In this document: positions 52,318 through 64,000 of the stretch, one piece after another | Numbering within the stretch: the stretch's first letter is position 1 | How the letters are laid out: every line of letters begins with the position of its first letter | Assembly: GCA_002269645.1 (NCBI GenBank) | Contig: NIVC01001971.1 | Span: forward strand, 153,291 to 217,290 | Length of the DNA: 64,000 bases | Direction of reading: 5' to 3' | Source: Macrostomum lignano | Lineage: Eukaryota | Translations under genes and position numbers: made by a program | The notes under the pieces: model-generated | The model's input: the letters and a program-made list of their open reading frames with translations, nothing else | Told to the model about the DNA's origin: nothing | The model's database searches: none

Positions 52318-53105
52318 TCAGCAATGTGACCCTCATGTGACTGTGCAATGTGACCCTCATGTGACTGTGCAATGTGACCCTCATGTGACTGTGCAATGTG
52401 ACCCTGATGTGACTGTGCAATGTGACCCTGATGTGACTGTGCAATGTGACCCTCATGTGACTGTGCAATGTGACCCTGATGTGACTGTGCAATGTGACCC
52501 TCATGTGACTGTGAGATGTGACCCTCATGTGACTGTGCAATGTGACCCTCATATGACTGTGCAATGTGACCCTCATGTGACTGTGCAATGTGACCCTCAT
52601 GTGACTGTGCAATGTGACCCTCATGTGACTGTGCAATGTGACCCTGATGTGACTGTGCAATGTGACCCTCATGTGACTGTGCAATGTGACCCTCATGTGA
52701 CTGTGCAATGTGACCCTGATGTGACTGTGCAATGTGACCCTGATGTGACTGTGCAATGTGACCCTCATGTGACTGTGCAATGTGACCCTGATGTGACTGT
52801 GCAATGTGACCCTCATGTGACTGTGAGATGTGACCCTCATGTGACTGTGCAATGTGACCCTCATATGACTGTGCAATGTGACCCTCATGTGACTGTGCAA
52901 TGTGACCCTCATGTGACTGTGCAATGTGACCCTCATGTGACTGTGCAATGTGACCCTGATGTGACTGTGCAATGTGACCCTGATGTGACTGAGATGTGAC
53001 CCTCATGTGACTGAGATGTGACCCTCATGTGACTGTGCAAAGTGACCCTTATGTGGCTGTGCATTGTGCAATGTGACCCTCGTGTGACTGTGCAATGTGA
53101 CCCTC
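52318..53105. repeat. 24-bp minisatellite (AATGTGACCCTCATGTGACTGTGC) between RARS2 and NEK
   Basis: 8-aa periodic ORFs (QSHEGHIA). Confidence 0.95.
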
Positions 53106-53341
53106 ACTTGTTGTAAAAACCGCAATGCAAAACAAAAAGATTGAAGGCATTTTGTTAATAAAAAATACTGATCCACTGAACATATATTTACTATTATTCT
53201 ACTATAATGGAAATGATTTCGGCAAACAATTCAGCTACAAAGACTAAAAATCAACAGACAAACTGGTCAATAGACTACTAATGCCTGTCGAATGAGTAGT
53301 AAAACTAGCACATATAGGCAGAAATATGCAGAATAAAGGCA

Positions 53342-56300
53342 TCAAATGCTAAGCATCGGAGTCAAGCCAAGCAGTCGCATAGCGGAGGCCAGCACCGACC
53401 GGGTCGAGTTAAACAGCGCCAATCGGCCAATCGCGCCGCTATCTTTGGCGCATGTCAGCACGGGTAGGACGCGCAGACAGGCATTTGCGCGCGACACCAA
53501 TCTATTAGTGTAGGCCACTAATACGCATGGCTCGTACGTTAGAAAGGCTTCTAGAGCCGTGTCCGGATAGGCTAGCAATTGCTCGGCCAGTTCGTTAGCC
53601 GCTGTAGCAGCCTTGGGTCCAGCTAAATTCAATGCCAGATCGATACTACTGCCATCGTCTGGGCTGCTGATACCGGCTTTGGCTGCTTTGCTGGCGAGGC
53701 TGCACAGCCTGCAAGGGTTTGGGGCTGGTTGCTTTTTTCTCTCACCAGAGAACTTCAGGGGCTGATCCTACTGCTATCCCCCGGGTCTTCAGGGGCTGAT
53801 GCTACTGCTATCCCCCGGGTCTTCAGGGGCTGATGCTACTGCTATCCCTTGGGTCTTCAGGGCTGATCCTACTGCTATCCCCTGGGTCTTCAGGGGCTGA
53901 TGCTACTGCTATCCCCCGGGTCTTCAGGGCTGATGCTACTGCTATCCCCCGGGTCTTCAGGGGCTGATGCTACTGCTATCCCTTGGGTCTTCAGGGGCTG
54001 ATGCTACTGCTATCCCTTGGGTCTTCAGGTGCTGATGCTACTGCTATCCCCTGGGTCTTCAGGGGCTGATGCTACTGCTATCCCCTGGGTCTTCAGGTGC
54101 TGATGCTACTGCTATCCCCTGGGTCTTCAGGGGCTGATGCTACTGCTATCCCCTGGGTCTTCAGGTGCTGATGCTACTGCTATCCCCTGGGTCTTCAGGG
54201 GCTGATGCTACTGCTATCCCCTGGGTCTTCAGGGGCTGATGCTACTGCTATCCCTTGGGTCTTCAGGGGCTGATGCTACTGCTATCCCTTGGGTCTTCAG
54301 GGGCTGATGCTACTGCTATCCCTTGGGTCTTCAGGGCTGATGCTACTGCTATCCCTTGGGTCTTCAGGGGCTGATGCTACTGCTATCCCTTGGGTCTTCA
54401 GGGGCTGATGCTACTGCTATCCCTTGGGTCTTCAGGGGCTGATGCTACTGCTATCCCTTGGGTCTTCAGGGGCTGATGCTACTGCTATCCCCTGGGTCTT
54501 CAGGGGCTGATGCTACTGCTATCCCTTGGGTCTTCAGGGGCTGATGCTACTGCTATCCCCTGGGTCTTCAGGGGCTGATGCTACTGCTATCCCTTGGGTC
54601 TTCAGGGGCTGATGCTACTGCTATCCCTGGGTCTTCAGGGGCTGATGCTACTGCTATCCCTTGGGTCTTCAGGGGCTGATGCTACTGCTATCCCTTGGGT
54701 CTTCAGGGGCTGATGCTACTGCTATCCAATGGGTGTTCAGGGACCCTGCTACATATCTACCCGGCCCATGACCGTCAGGTAAGCTACTTCTGTTCTCTCA
54801 GTCATTGAATCGCACCTGGCATGGCAGTACTGAGCGCCAACAGCCGAATTATCGCTGTCCAGCTGAACTTAACCGGCTGCAGCCGGCGCACTCGCATCAT
54901 CTCCATGGCAACGACGCTGGCGGCTAGCCTATCAGCAATCGATGAAGCGTCGGACCCGTCGATTCGTCGATTTGGCGACGCTTTCGATCGTTCGAGCATC
55001 CTGGCTTGGCCAACGTCGAGTATGTTGCGGAGCAGTACCACTCCGCCGGAGCCGCTCCGCCTGGTGCTCATGCCTTCCACTCGGCCGAATTCGACGTGCA
55101 TCGGCCAGGGTGACGGATTGGCCAGGTCCGGACGGCCCAGGGCGGTCAGGGCGCGGCCAAGACGGTCAAAGTGCAGCCGCTGGGCCGATTCAACAACGTA
55201 GTGGGCGCGTCCACAGCCTAGATTGTCGGCTCTGCATTGGATAGAAGAGATTTTCTAAGGCTATTGAAACTTTTCTAAGGCTTAGACTTTTCAAAGAATC
55301 GTAGCTATTAAATACGGGCGCTTCTAAATACGCTCGTTTTCTCTTATTCTCTTATTATTTCATCAGAATAGAAAAAGGAGCCGATAAGGTGGGGAGAGGG
55401 GAAGGAGACAGAGAGGAGGGAGAAGAGCTGGGAGGAGAAGAGAGGGGGGAGGGAAGGAGAGGGGGGAGAAGAGAGGGGAGGGGAAGGAGAGGGGGAGAAG
55501 AGAGGGGAGGGGAAGGAGAGGAAGAGAAGAGAGGGGAAGGGAAGGAGAGGGGGAGAAGAGAGGGGAGGGGAAGGAGAGGAAGAGAAGAGAGGGGAAGGGA
55601 AGGAGAGGGGGAGGGAGAAGAGAGGGGAGGGAAGGAGAGGGGGAGAAGAGAGGGGAAGGGAAGGAGAGGGGGAGGGAGAAGAGAGGGGAGAGAAGGAGAG
55701 GGGGAGGGAGAAGAGAGGGGAAGGGAAGGAGAGGGGGAGGGAGAAGAGAGGGGAGAGAAGGAGAGGGGGAGAAGAGGTGAGGGGGAAGGAGAGAGACTGA
55801 AAGAGCTGGAGGCGATAAGGTAGAAGGGAGATGAGAAGAATTTAGCGAGTCTTACTCATGTGCAGCAATAACAATTTACTAGAAAGTTATTACAACACAA
55901 ACAAGCGCACCTATCCAGAGCAGCCAGCAGGTCTCTGCCAAAGTACAGCGAGCTGCCGTCCCGCTTCTGCACCACAGCCTCGTCGTCGGCGCTGTCGGCA
56001 AGCCGGAGCAGTTTGGCTCCGTCCGGCGCCGCAGCTAACAGGCCGCGCCGATCCAGCAGAGCCAGCAGTTTGCCAGTCTGCTTGGCATAATCGGACTCGA
56101 ACTCGAGCCGGTCAAAGCTGACTGACAGGCGCCGATAGCAGGCGTCCAGTTCGGCCAGTGAGTGCCGTTTGGCTAAGCGCCAGAGCCGCATAGCTTGCGG
56201 CTCGCCGGATTCTAAACGGGCGTAGGCGGATTCGACCGCTTCGGCTGGCAGTTCGGTGCCGGCCCTGGCGTACACGGACTGCATGTGCTGCACCGCCAGC

Positions 56301-56960
56301 CGGCTGACCTGCTCTGACACCTGCGCGTGCGGGGCAGGCGACACTATCTGCGACATCAGCTAAGGGCTCCAGTCTCCGCCATCACCTAAGGGTTCCAGTC
56401 TCCGACATCAGCTAAGGGTTCCAGTCTCCGACATCACCTAAGGGTTCCAGTCTCCGAGATCAGCTAAGGGTTCCAGTCTCCGACATCAGCTAAGGGTTCC
56501 AGTCTCCGACATAAATCAGGAATCAGTCTCCAGCATTATTTCAAGAATAATGCTAGTCCATAAGGCCCCAATATCCAGCAGGCTTACCTGTTGATCATCC
56601 TCCGACCCAAGCAGCTCAGGCCGTCCAAAGCTCTCCATCCCAGCCAGCAGCAGGGCGAACTGCCTGCCCCAATCGCCCAGATAATTAATCCCAATAACCC
56701 GATGCCCGAATGCTCTATTAATCTGCACCACAAAATTGCCCAACACCGTGGCTCGAAGATGACCAGCGTGCAAAGGTTTGGCCACATTGACCGAGCTGAA
56801 ATCCACAAACACTGGCGCCGATTGCGGCCCGCGGCTGGGGCAGCTGGCATCGCGCACCGCGCCATTCAACGCTGACAGGCTGGGCCAGGCCGTAGGCGGG
56901 CCCGGCTCGGATTACAGCCGAAACCGCATCGCTGACGCGCTTGGCTACCGGCGCCGACAT
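53342..56960 (-). CDS. RARS2: Arginyl-tRNA synthetase, mitochondrial type; two apparent frameshifts in this sequence
   Basis: Exons 56960-56588, 56320-55911, 55231-54816, 53708-53342; VDFSSVNVAKPLHAGHLR (HIGH), INYLGDWG, KRDGSSLY..RDL, GMSTR, QYCHARLCSL, YEP, MRLLGLTP. Frame breaks near 56830 and 54860. Confidence 0.88.
53750..54745. repeat. 33-34-bp minisatellite (GGGGCTGATGCTACTGCTATCCCCTGGGTCTTCA) in RARS2 intron 3
   Basis: Period 34 (54241, 54275). Confidence 0.95.
55390..55835. repeat. GA-rich purine tract in RARS2 intron 2
   Basis: Direct reading. Confidence 0.9.
56350..56512. repeat. 26-bp minisatellite (CAGCTAAGGGTTCCAGTCTCCGACAT) in RARS2 intron 1
   Basis: Period 26 (56401, 56427). 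Confidence 0.9.
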
Positions 56961-57599
56961 TCAATGTAAAATTGATATTAATTTAGAGCTAATATTCGCT
57001 CAGCTTACAGAAAGTAGAAATAAGGACATTTATGTCGTTCTTAAAGAAAAATAAGAATGAAAATTCAAAAATGGCGGTGCAAGTATTCGAAAGTATGTTA
57101 TTATTTACTAGAGAATTTAGAGATTTAGAGATTTACAGATAAAGAAATTAAAGGATTATAACACACAGCCTAATACGTGAACTTTAGAGAATTTTCCAGT
57201 TGCTTTAATTTATTTTATTGTCTAATGTTTCCGCCCAAAGCACAAACACAGATGTATAAAAGTGCAGAAAAAATAAACAGAAAAAACGGAAAGCACATAT
57301 CGCAAAACAAAAAATAAAAACATAAATTTCTACAATTTGTGCAGGCAAGGTAAAAAAACTATAAAAAACGGTAGGACTAGATTACATCATATAAGATTTT
57401 AAGGCACATAGTTTGGACTTCTATTAAAAATTATATTTAATAATAGAAGATAGAGAGATATGCATGGAAATAAAAATTATTATAGGAGACGACATGCCAG
57501 TGCAAGCTCAGGTCAGCTATCTGCAGTCTGTTAGGTATCACTTAAGGGGGGTTAGATAACGACAATGTCACTAATGGCATAGCAAAAGTTGTTAGAAAT

Positions 57600-57845
57600 C
57601 GTGCCAATATTTGTCAGATATGGTGCCAATATCTTTTAGACATGGTGTCAATATTTGTCAGATATGGTGCCAATATCTTTTAGACATGGTGTCAATATCT
57701 GTCAGATATGGTGCCAATATCTTTTAGACATGGTGTCAATATCTGTCAGATATGGTGCCAATATCTTTTAGACATGGTGTCAATATCTGTCAGATATGGT
57801 GCCAATATCTTTTAGACATGGTGTCAATATCTGTCAGATATAGAG
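57600..57845. repeat. 44-bp minisatellite (dimer of 22-bp units)
   Basis: GATATGGTGCCAATATCTTTTAGACATGGTGTCAATATCTGTCA. Confidence 0.9.
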
Positions 57846-57861
57846 CCAATGTATGCTACAT

Positions 57862-58347
57862 ACAGGGTGCCCAGATCAATTATCAAATCGACAGGGTGCC
57901 CAGATCAATTATCAAATCGACAGGTTCCCAGATCAATAAGACAGGGTGCCCAGATCAATAAGACAGGGTGCCCAGATCAGTTAGACAGGGTACCAGATCA
58001 GTTAGACAGGGTGCCCAGATCAGTTAGACAGGGTGCCCAGATCAGTTAGACAGGGTACCCAGATCAGTTAGACGGGGTGCCCAGATCAATTAGACAGGGT
58101 GCCCAGATCAATTAGACAGGGTGCCCAGATCAGTTAGACAGGGTGCCCAGATCAATTAGACAGGGTGCCCAGATCAATTAGACAGGGTGCCCAGATCAGT
58201 TAGACAGGGTGCCCAGATCAATTAGACAGGGTGCCCAGATCAGTTAGACAGGGTGCCCAGATCAATTAGACAGGGTGCCCAGATCAATTAGACAGGGTGC
58301 CCAGATCAGTTAGACAGGGTGCCCAGATCAATTAGGCAGGGTGCCAA
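57862..58347. repeat. 22-bp minisatellite (AGACAGGGTGCCCAGATCAATT)
   Basis: Direct reading. Confidence 0.93.
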
Positions 58348-58978
58348 TACTTATAGGATTCGAATTTGATGCTGCCAAATATTTGTGCTCGACTACAGCA
58401 AATCGAACTTCTACGATGGACACAATAGAAAGTCATAATAAACTTTCTTTTTAATTCCATACCCAACGTGCATAAAAAGGTCAATAATATAAAATAAAGG
58501 CTCAATAGGCAGACTATGCATACTAATCCATCATGATCAGACAATATATTTAGCGTGAGATTACGTAACAACAGTACAAAGCGTGTGTACTCATGGCGCC
58601 AAAACATAAAACTGAAATCTGAAATCTATCGCATACCTACCTACCTACCCACATACAGACAAACTCATTTTTAGTATATAGGATATATTGTAATACGTGC
58701 GATATTCAATTGCACTTTAAAATTCTTTGTAATAGGTCCTAATTTGAAACGAGCATAGAAAACACGGTTAAACAGCGCACGTCAGGTACGTTCAGGTAGT
58801 CAATAAGACAAAACAAATGCGCAAACCAACTTTTGGCCCGCATTGGAGGAATTTGAATACGGAAATCTATGTCCTTAGCTCGTAATTAATTCCTAACGGG
58901 CATGACCTTTCCCCATGAAACGGTACTCCGGCCAAGAAGCGTCTCGGAGTCACTTGCGTCGCTCCAGTCGTCCAGGTA

Positions 58979-59291
58979 ATAATAATAATAATTGATTACA
59001 CCTGCCATAAATTGATTACACCTCCCCTTCAGATGCGCAGCGATGAGGCAGATGTGCAACCGACTGGGGGGCTGGGTGTGTGTGTGTGAGGGGACTGGGG
59101 GGTCGACACACACACACACCCCTCAATTGCCCCAGCTAATGCTGGCACCCATTTTACAGCTGGGTGAACTGAAGCAATGCAGAGTTAAGCGTCTTCTTGC
59201 TCAATGACACAAATTGTTTCGAGTCGGTCGAGAATCGAACCCCGGACCTTCCAGTCATGAGTCCGACGCTCTAACCACCAGGCTACAACCC
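58979..59291 (-). mobile_element. tRNA-derived SINE with a CORE-like body and (ATT)n tail
   Basis: Minus strand: A-box TAGCCTGGTGG, CTCATGA loop, B-box GGTTCGATTC; body TGTGTCATTGAGCAAG...TTAACTC...CTCAGT-like...CTGTAAAATGGG resembles the CORE domain; 7-bp TSD CCAGGTA at 58972-58978 and 59292-59298. Confidence 0.8.
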
Positions 59292-59699
59292 CCAGGTAGC
59301 ACTGTGCAGGAAACACAGGTAAAATAGGAAAGAAGTGACACTAGACGACTCTAAAACGACAAGATGTCACGGTACAAGTCATCAAAGAGTCGCCAAAAAG
59401 TAAATTTGAGGAGTTTTATTGTCTGCGACTCTGAAAAGACTCTGGGGCCGTAGACTCGTATCTGAGGCGTGCTGGAGTCGCTGCAGAATTGCATCTCGCA
59501 TTTACTACAGCTCTATTTGGTCTACTTGAGTTAGTAGAAAGTTAAGCGCTAACAGTCGCCTCTCCGTCGCATTGCAGTCGTTTGAGTCGTTAAAATCGAC
59601 TTCTGCAGCCTTGATTTACAGCAGTACTCAAATTCATAAATTGCCCCGGAGGCTCAGACATAGTCTCCTCCGCGAGTCCCGGCTATTACAGTCTGAATG

Positions 59700-62600
59700 C
59701 TAACCCGCGGACGCGTCGCTATCCATTGTCATGTAGAGCCGGCCCTCCTCATTGTCGCTATCATTGCCATCTTCATCACTAGAATCCGCCGTATAATTAT
59801 TGTTGTCCTCTTCATCTTCAGCATCATCTACGGATAGTAAGCGAAGATTAACACCGGAGCGCAGCAGTCTGGGTGTCCGCTCGGCCGATTCTAAGTCGCT
59901 GCTCCGCACGCTAGCCGAATCGTCGAGATTTCCGTCATCGTCCTCTTTAGTATCGACTCTGCAGGCAACAGCAACAGCGACAGGAGCCTCTGAGTCGGCT
60001 ACAACGCAGTCGGTGATGGTCTCGCACGATGACGATGTTGAATAATTGCCTACAGACGACCGGTTGTTAAGATCGCCCCTAGCAACTGGCACAGACGGAC
60101 CTGTTGAATTGGACATTGCAGCCGCAATGCACGCGAAATTAACTCGCGGCCTGGGCAAAATATCGTCGAACGGACGCCGGCGACCGGCTTCCTCATCCGG
60201 GAACAGGTAGTAGCAGTAGCCGAACAGGTCCGACAGGGGCCGGTTGGCGGGAGCGGGCGCCGCGCTGGAGCGCCGGTAGCCGCCGCCGGAGCTGCTTAAC
60301 TCAGACAGAGATGAGGAAGCCACCGATGCTAAAGATAAGGATTCGGGCGTTGCTATGGGCGCCTGGCCGTTCGAATACGGCATACTGGACGCTGACGGTG
60401 GCAAGCCGAAATTTCGAAGCACGGAGGCTGGCACAGTGTGCGAATGCGACATCATCGACAGCAGGGCGGAGGCCGAAGCTGCCGCCGGTTCGGCTGTCGA
60501 GCTGATGATCATTTTGTCACCTGCGGCGGCGCCGTTGGAATCGATCGGCGCACCCATAATCGACGAAGAAAGAAGGTCACTATCAATATCCGACTCTACC
60601 GACATTTGAGACGGCGACGAAGCCAAATTGTTTTGCTGAACAATTGAATAACTTCTTTTGTCCTCTGTCTCGCTGCCGGCCCCGCAGTCTGTCTGAATCC
60701 CTAGGCGTCGTTCGATCGAGGTCGCAGCAGCAGCGAAACTTTGCGCCGCGCTGGACGAAGTGTGCCTGGAGAGCCGCGCGGCGACGGCTGCAATCTGTCG
60801 TAGTCGGAGAGGACGGCGGCCAAGGCGAACTGGGCGTAGCCAAGCGAGTGATCGCGCAGCATAGACGGAGAGGCGAGTATCTGTAGAAATGGGTAAACGG
60901 CATGAGCAACTATAAGAGTCTCTTCAGGCTGAAAAGCCTCGTCACCTAATTAGTATTGAATAATTTTAACTTGCCTCGTCAAAATCGGTGCCGTCGGCTT
61001 TCAAAGCGTGAAACACCGGCTTGCCGTCGGTATTTCGAGCACGGACTACGTGCAGTACCCGGCCTGGCAACTGCAGAGCCGGATACGTCCTCGGCGACGC
61101 CGAGTCGGATGACGACATTGCGGCGTTGGTGTCGGCCAACTCGTCTCCAGGCGACGCATTCAGGGTATCCTCTGACTCTTGCAGTTGCTTGTGACGGCTA
61201 TTGCAACAGCAGAGAGACAAACGGCGGCTGGCTGAAATTTATAGGAGAAAACGCCCACTTCACTCCCTGATGACTCGGACACACCCACCTCCCACCCTGG
61301 AGACTCGGACGCACCCACCTCACCCAACGACTCGGACACGCCCACCTCACTCCCTGATGACTCGGACACACCCACCTCCCACCCTGGAGACTCGGACACG
61401 CCCACCTCACTCCCTGATGACTCGGACACGCCCACCTCACTCCCTGATGACTCGGACACGCCCACCTCACTCCCTGATGACTCGGACACGCCCACCTCAC
61501 TCCTGATGACTCGGACACGCCCACCTCACTCCCTGATGACTCGGACACGCCCACCTCCCTCCCTGATGACTCGGACACGCCCACCTCACTCCCTGATGAC
61601 TCGGACACGCCCACCTCACTCCCTGATGACTCGGACACGCCCACCTCCCTCCCTGATGACTCGGACACGCCCACCTCACTCCCTGATGACTCGGACACGC
61701 CCACCTCACTCCCTGATGACTCGGACACGCCCACCTCCCTCCCTGATGACTCGGACACGCCCACCTTCCTCCCTGATGACTCGGACACGCCCAACTCACT
61801 CCCTGATCAGTGAGATCCTTACCAAGCCAATGTCCGCCAATGACGCTCCACCGGTGCGCTCGGCAGCCATTCAGAAGCCGCACCATTCTACGACGCAGCG
61901 TCGCAACCTGCGCCAAACCCAGTCGAGCGACGGCATCCCCGTCCGATGACAACGGCGTAGAGAACCGTCTGGCTAGCGTGGCCGCCTCCCGGCCGAGTAA
62001 ACCACCGGGCGCGCGCCGCAAGCCGTTACGCGCGCGATCGGCTGGCCCAAGCCTCGCGCGCGCGCCACGCCCATCAAAGTGAGTATGACCGCGGCGCCGC
62101 GCCAACGCCATGACCGTGAGCATCACTTCAACGAAGCTCGACTCAACGTTTACATCGCCGCAGCAGCCGCCGCAGTCTCCAGTACGCGATGGCGCGCCAA
62201 TTCGGCCGCCTAGTTGAATAGCGGCGCCAATTGACCCCGCGTGGCCCACCTCGGCGCCGCCATCAACGCCGGCCGGAAGCGGTATCGGCGCAACTCCGCT
62301 CTCCAGCTCGCTCATTGAAGGCATCCTCAGCGTACTACTAGCGCTAGTAGTAGTAGACGAAGCGACAGTAACGCTTGGCGCTACAACTACAAAAATATTC
62401 CGCGTGAAAGCGTCGTAGCCGGCAAAACAATTGCGGCTGGCGTAGGTTAACCGAAAGCGGGCGTCGCTAACGCCTTGTCGATTTAAACTGTGCCGAACTG
62501 CGCCGGTGACGCTACGGTTGCCATGACAACAACAGGCTTCGGCAACCAGTATTAGCTTGGCGCAGTACAAAGCCAATTCAATTTCGATTCTGTCGGTCGG

Positions 62601-63631
62601 ATTGGCCAAGTTGAAGAATCGCGTGGCCGAGTAGATAGGCCGGCCGGACATGTAGTCCAGCACGCGCTTGGAGCCCTCCTAGGTTCGGACGGAGGATTAA
62701 AAGTACAAACAAATTACTCATAATACTTGGCGACAAAGCAATACTAAATTTTTTAGAAAATCTTACTTAGACTTCATTTTCAAGCCTCTTATCCTTGGCG
62801 CAATAAAAGTTTGACGTCTGAGAGCAACTATGAAGGCTATATAAAAACCAAAACTTAGGCCCTACAAAAAGCCACGACAAAGGCCCTATAAAAGCAACAG
62901 AAGGGTCCTAAAAGCTCACGCTAAGCTCCGATCGTTGCGAAGGCGCTGTTGCCTTCGCAGCAGCACCAGGCCGGCGGCCAGGTCGGAGGCCACCAGATTC
63001 AGATCGCGCGAACAGTGGCGTCAGTCGCAGCGCCGCGTCGGTCAGGCCGAACGGCAACGACGACGAAGTCGATCGTGAGGTAAACGGTGGGCAGCACAGC
63101 TGACGACGGCGTATGGACGTCGGCGGGGGCGGTGGAAGCGGTGGCAACTGGCCAGCGCAGCTTCTTGTTGCTGTCGCCAGCTGCAAAATTGCGAGGCGTG
63201 CGCGGCGGACGGCGGGGTGATTGTGAGAACACTGATGACATGGATTGTAGCAACCACTGTTCTATTCTTGTTGTCTGGTCTGTCTGTCTGTCTGTCTGTT
63301 TGTATGTCAGCAGAAGACTTTCTAATCGCACATTTCTCTCAACTCTGCATAGGAAATGACAATAGTTTCTTGAAAATACTAACTTATCCCCGTCGGCGTC
63401 AATCAGGTTGTCATGGTAACAGCTGCGACTATCGATGAGCTTCTTTCCGCGGCGGTCATGTTTTCGCGCGCCCAACGACGCCAGCGGCAAGGGTCGCAGC
63501 CGCAGCCGATGCAGCAGGCAGATCAGAGCGCCGGAAATCAGCAGAGCCACTGTCCAATCGATTGCAGATACGGCTGACAGGAGAGAGAAAAAACAGCGGG
63601 CGGTTGATTCACTTACTTACAGTAGAACCAT
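59700..63631 (-). CDS. DAGLA: Diacylglycerol lipase alpha-like gene with long Ser-rich tail; multiple apparent frameshifts
   Basis: Approximate exons 63631-63621, 63573-63384, 63261-62920, 62678-61823, 61231-60975, 60880-59700. Blocks matching DAGL-alpha: DLNLVASDLAAGLVLLRRQQ, DYMSGRPI..TRFFNL, GHAGSIG, PGGLL, DAVARLGLAQV, LQLPGRVLHVV, DFDE|ILASPSMLRDH. The 5-prime exons are low confidence. Confidence 0.82.
61255..61806. repeat. 30-bp minisatellite (CCCTGATGACTCGGACACGCCCACCTCACT) in DAGL intron
   Basis: 10-aa periodic ORFs. Confidence 0.95.
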
Positions 63632-63714
63632 ACGCGTTTTGAATGATAATTTGTGAGGTCATATCAAATCTTGTCAAAGATATAATATTTCACGATTTTT
63701 TTCAATCTGAACCA

Positions 63715-64000
63715 CCCTCCTCTCATTCTCAATATTACCCTCTTCTCACTCTCAGTGTCTATCTCACCCTCTTCTCACTCTCAGTATCCATCTCACCTTC
63801 TTCTCACTCCTCAATGTCTATCTTACTGTCTTGCTCACTTCTCAGTGTCTATCTCATCCTCTTATGAGTTGTCAATCTCAGCCTCTTCTCACTCTCCATC
63901 TCACCCTCTTCTTCCCTCTCGGTGTCTATCTCACCCTCTTCTCACTCTCAGTATTCAATCTCACCCTCTTCTCACTCTCAGTATTCATTTCACCCTCTTC
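63715..64000. repeat. Degenerate CT-rich about 28-29-bp tandem repeat, runs off window end
   Basis: CTCACCCTCTTCTCACTCTCAGT recurs. Confidence 0.8.

Noticed and set aside
51699-53006. His-rich (QSHEGHIA)n N-terminal extension fused to the NEK kinase
   Set aside because: The repeat is open in several frames, and a splice acceptor at 52245 separates it from the kinase exon; a fusion is unlikely unless RNA-seq shows otherwise
59220-59291. Functional tRNA-Met gene
   Set aside because: The acceptor stem does not pair and the sequence continues into a SINE body and tail

Overview
Eukaryotic (metazoan) genomic DNA with GC-rich spliced exons, AT-rich intergenic DNA and a different minisatellite in most large introns. 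This style suggests a free-living flatworm such as Macrostomum (inference only). I reconstruct 11 protein-coding loci: an ADAR/ADAD-like gene (zinc finger + dsRBD + deaminase fold with all catalytic residues replaced), an innexin, an FHL/Limpet LIM protein, a CHTOP/FoP-like RGG protein, a membrane-anchored EGF-like ligand, a small PAN-like ORF, two tandem BTB/POZ paralogues bounded by satellites, a NEK2-like kinase, a mitochondrial-type arginyl-tRNA synthetase and a DAG-lipase-alpha-like gene. The last two contain several single-base frameshifts, probably long-read errors. Mobile DNA includes a hAT-type MITE with an 8-bp TSD, a tRNA-derived CORE-like SINE with a TSD, a dead mariner fragment and foldback elements. 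More than 20 tandem arrays are present, including a 1.7-kb perfect (GATA)n. There is no CRISPR array. All calls come from manual translation and remembered family motifs; no database search was run.
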